Positions 62,843 through 64,000 of a DNA stretch of 64,000 nt are shown here, one piece after another. The stretch covers positions 2,074 through 66,073 of the forward strand of contig JBBSJL010000003.1 in assembly GCA_038257245.1 (NCBI GenBank), read 5' to 3'. The stretch comes from Candidatus Saccharimonadales bacterium (GTDB taxonomy: Bacteria; Patescibacteriota; Saccharimonadia; Saccharimonadales; JACQNP01). Under the pieces are notes generated by a model. The model was not told where the DNA came from, did not search any database, and saw only the letters and a program-made list of their open reading frames with translations. The translations under genes and the position numbers were made by a program. Each line of letters opens with the position of its first letter. Within the stretch, counting starts at the first letter, position 1.

Positions 62843-63634
62843 ATGAAAAAACTAAACACTAAAGGCTTCGGAGTAGTAGAATTAATTCTAATTATTGTTA
62901 TCTTCGGGCTAATAGGTGGCGTAGGTTACTACGTATACAACTCACAGAAGGAAACGAATACTTTATCTGGTAATAGTGATAGCGATAATGCAAAAAAATC
63001 TGACGAAAACTCCAATATAAAGTTATATGCGGACGAATATGCTGGGTACACCATTGAGTATCCAGTTAGTTGGCAAGTTGAAACCTCAAGTGAATATTCA
63101 GAAATTGGACAATCAGAAGTATCAACAACAAAACTTACTTCAGCAACTGGGCTCACACTTACATTTGAACACAACTTTGGTGGTAGAGGCGGTGATTGTC
63201 CTCCCGGTCCAAATGATAGCCCCCACGCTCCAGGAAACATATGCCAAACAAGCGAAATTATATTTGTAGAAAAAACTGGGAATACAGTCCTTGGTATTGA
63301 TGCTACCGTAGATGCACAATCACAAGGACGCTTCAAAGACTATGACCTCTACCTAGTTCGAGAAAAATATACAGACCCTGGCGCCTCTAACCCCAACACT
63401 GTCTACTTTAGCGGTCTATCAGTTGATACTTATTCAGATGTGGTAAAAGTATCGGAACCGAAAATGGGTCTATTTGTGCCATTCAGTATAATTTCGCAAT
63501 TTAGTTCACCGTCAGTATCAACAGGATATTACGTTGATATTAAGATGTCTCCAAAAGGCAATAGCGAGGAATTCTTTAACCAAGAGGATGTTAAACAAGC
63601 TGAAGCGATCTTAAAGAGTTTTCGCTTTAACTAG
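62843..63634 (+). CDS. Type IV pilin-like/pseudopilin-like protein with a large C-terminal domain
   Basis: The ATG at 62843 has an AAGGAA SD. KG|FGVVELILIIVIFGLIGGVGYY has the G-F-x-x-x-E motif. The track start at 62708 reads through repeat H. Confidence 0.6.
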   Translation: MKKLNTKGFGVVELILIIVIFGLIGGVGYYVYNSQKETNTLSGNSDSDNAKKSDENSNIKLYADEYAGYTIEYPVSWQVETSSEYSEIGQSEVSTTKLTSATGLTLTFEHNFGGRGGDCPPGPNDSPHAPGNICQTSEIIFVEKTGNTVLGIDATVDAQSQGRFKDYDLYLVREKYTDPGASNPNTVYFSGLSVDTYSDVVKVSEPKMGLFVPFSIISQFSSPSVSTGYYVDIKMSPKGNSEEFFNQEDVKQAEAILKSFRFN

Positions 63635-63693
63635 CTTAATGCCACTGGCATATTCATGATAAGATGTAATAGAAACTAAAAGGAAGGTTAATC

Positions 63694-64000
63694 GTGATAG
63701 ATAAGATTATAAATGAAGCAACAGGTGCAGTAAGTGCAGCTATAAAAGGAACTGGAGATATCGTAGGGGCAGTTACTACGACAGTTAAAGATCAGGTTAT
63801 AAATGTTATTGGTGGTACAGGAGAAGTTGCAGTTAAAACCGTAGAAGCAGTAGCTTCAGTAACCAATGGTTCTGTAAAAGCTGCTGGAAGTGTTGGATCA
63901 TCACTAACAGAGACTATTACTGGTACTATGAGTGGTGCAATAAAGGGAGTGTCCTCAGTTGGCGGAGATGTCGCAGAAGCAATATTTGGTGCAGCACAAG
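63694..64000 (+). CDS. A/G/V/T-rich repetitive protein, 3' end outside the window
   Basis: GTG at 63694 preceded by an AAGGAAGG SD. The frame is open to the window end. The translation VIDKIINEATGAVSAAIKGTGDIVGAVTTTVKDQVINVIGGTGEVAVKTVEAVAS... shows loose ~11-residue periodicity. Confidence 0.45.
   Translation, partial: MIDKIINEATGAVSAAIKGTGDIVGAVTTTVKDQVINVIGGTGEVAVKTVEAVASVTNGSVKAAGSVGSSLTETITGTMSGAIKGVSSVGGDVAEAIFGAAQ

Noticed and set aside
7508-62843. 5'-extended ORF-track starts at 7508, 13774, 15556, 28611, 29606, 38125, 46497, 47548, 53603, 58976 and 62708.
   Set aside because: Each extension adds non-homologous residues, overlaps the upstream gene, or reads through a promoter, hairpin or terminator. 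Internal ATGs with SDs, ATGA coupling or a leaderless -10 box fit better (7568, 13855, 15562, 28689, 29657, 38152, 46545, 47608, 53654, 59186, 62843).

Overview
AT-rich, gene-dense bacterial window. The gene content suggests a reduced Patescibacteria/CPR (Saccharibacteria-like) genome: an archaeal/eukaryal-type AspRS, a eukaryote-type PMM-like HAD protein, type IV pilin-like genes, and many small membrane or secreted hypotheticals with disordered acidic or Q/P-rich tails. That placement is inference only. Layout: (1) 1-15.5 kb is an envelope-glycan cluster with a GT-C transferase, GT2/GT4 enzymes, a WbaP-like primer, GtrA, a flippase-like protein, Ugd, ManC, a PMM-like protein, GlmS and UppP. 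(2) At 16.3 kb a cobalamin-riboswitch-like leader with its own terminator precedes a 493-aa protein of unknown function and a NadD-like gene. (3) 18.5-24.3 kb is housekeeping and ion homeostasis. (4) 24.3-32.0 kb is an eleven-gene, translationally coupled operon of small-molecule-modifying enzymes ending in an ABC-2 exporter. (5) 32.1-40.1 kb is a surface-protein island with two large paralogues and a tandemly duplicated two-gene module. (6) 40-52.5 kb is housekeeping and includes a tRNA-Met(CAU). (7) The main result starts at an initiator tRNA gene (52752-52826). From there to at least 62.8 kb every gene is on the + strand, and the genes fall into cassette-like blocks of unrelated accessory cargo. 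The blocks are separated by one repeat family whose tail duplicates the tRNA 3' end plus its terminator. Most blocks carry a TGn-extended -10 box 6-8 nt before the ATG, implying leaderless mRNAs. I recognised no integrase, transposase, rRNA or CRISPR array. All family calls come from motifs read by eye; no database search was possible.
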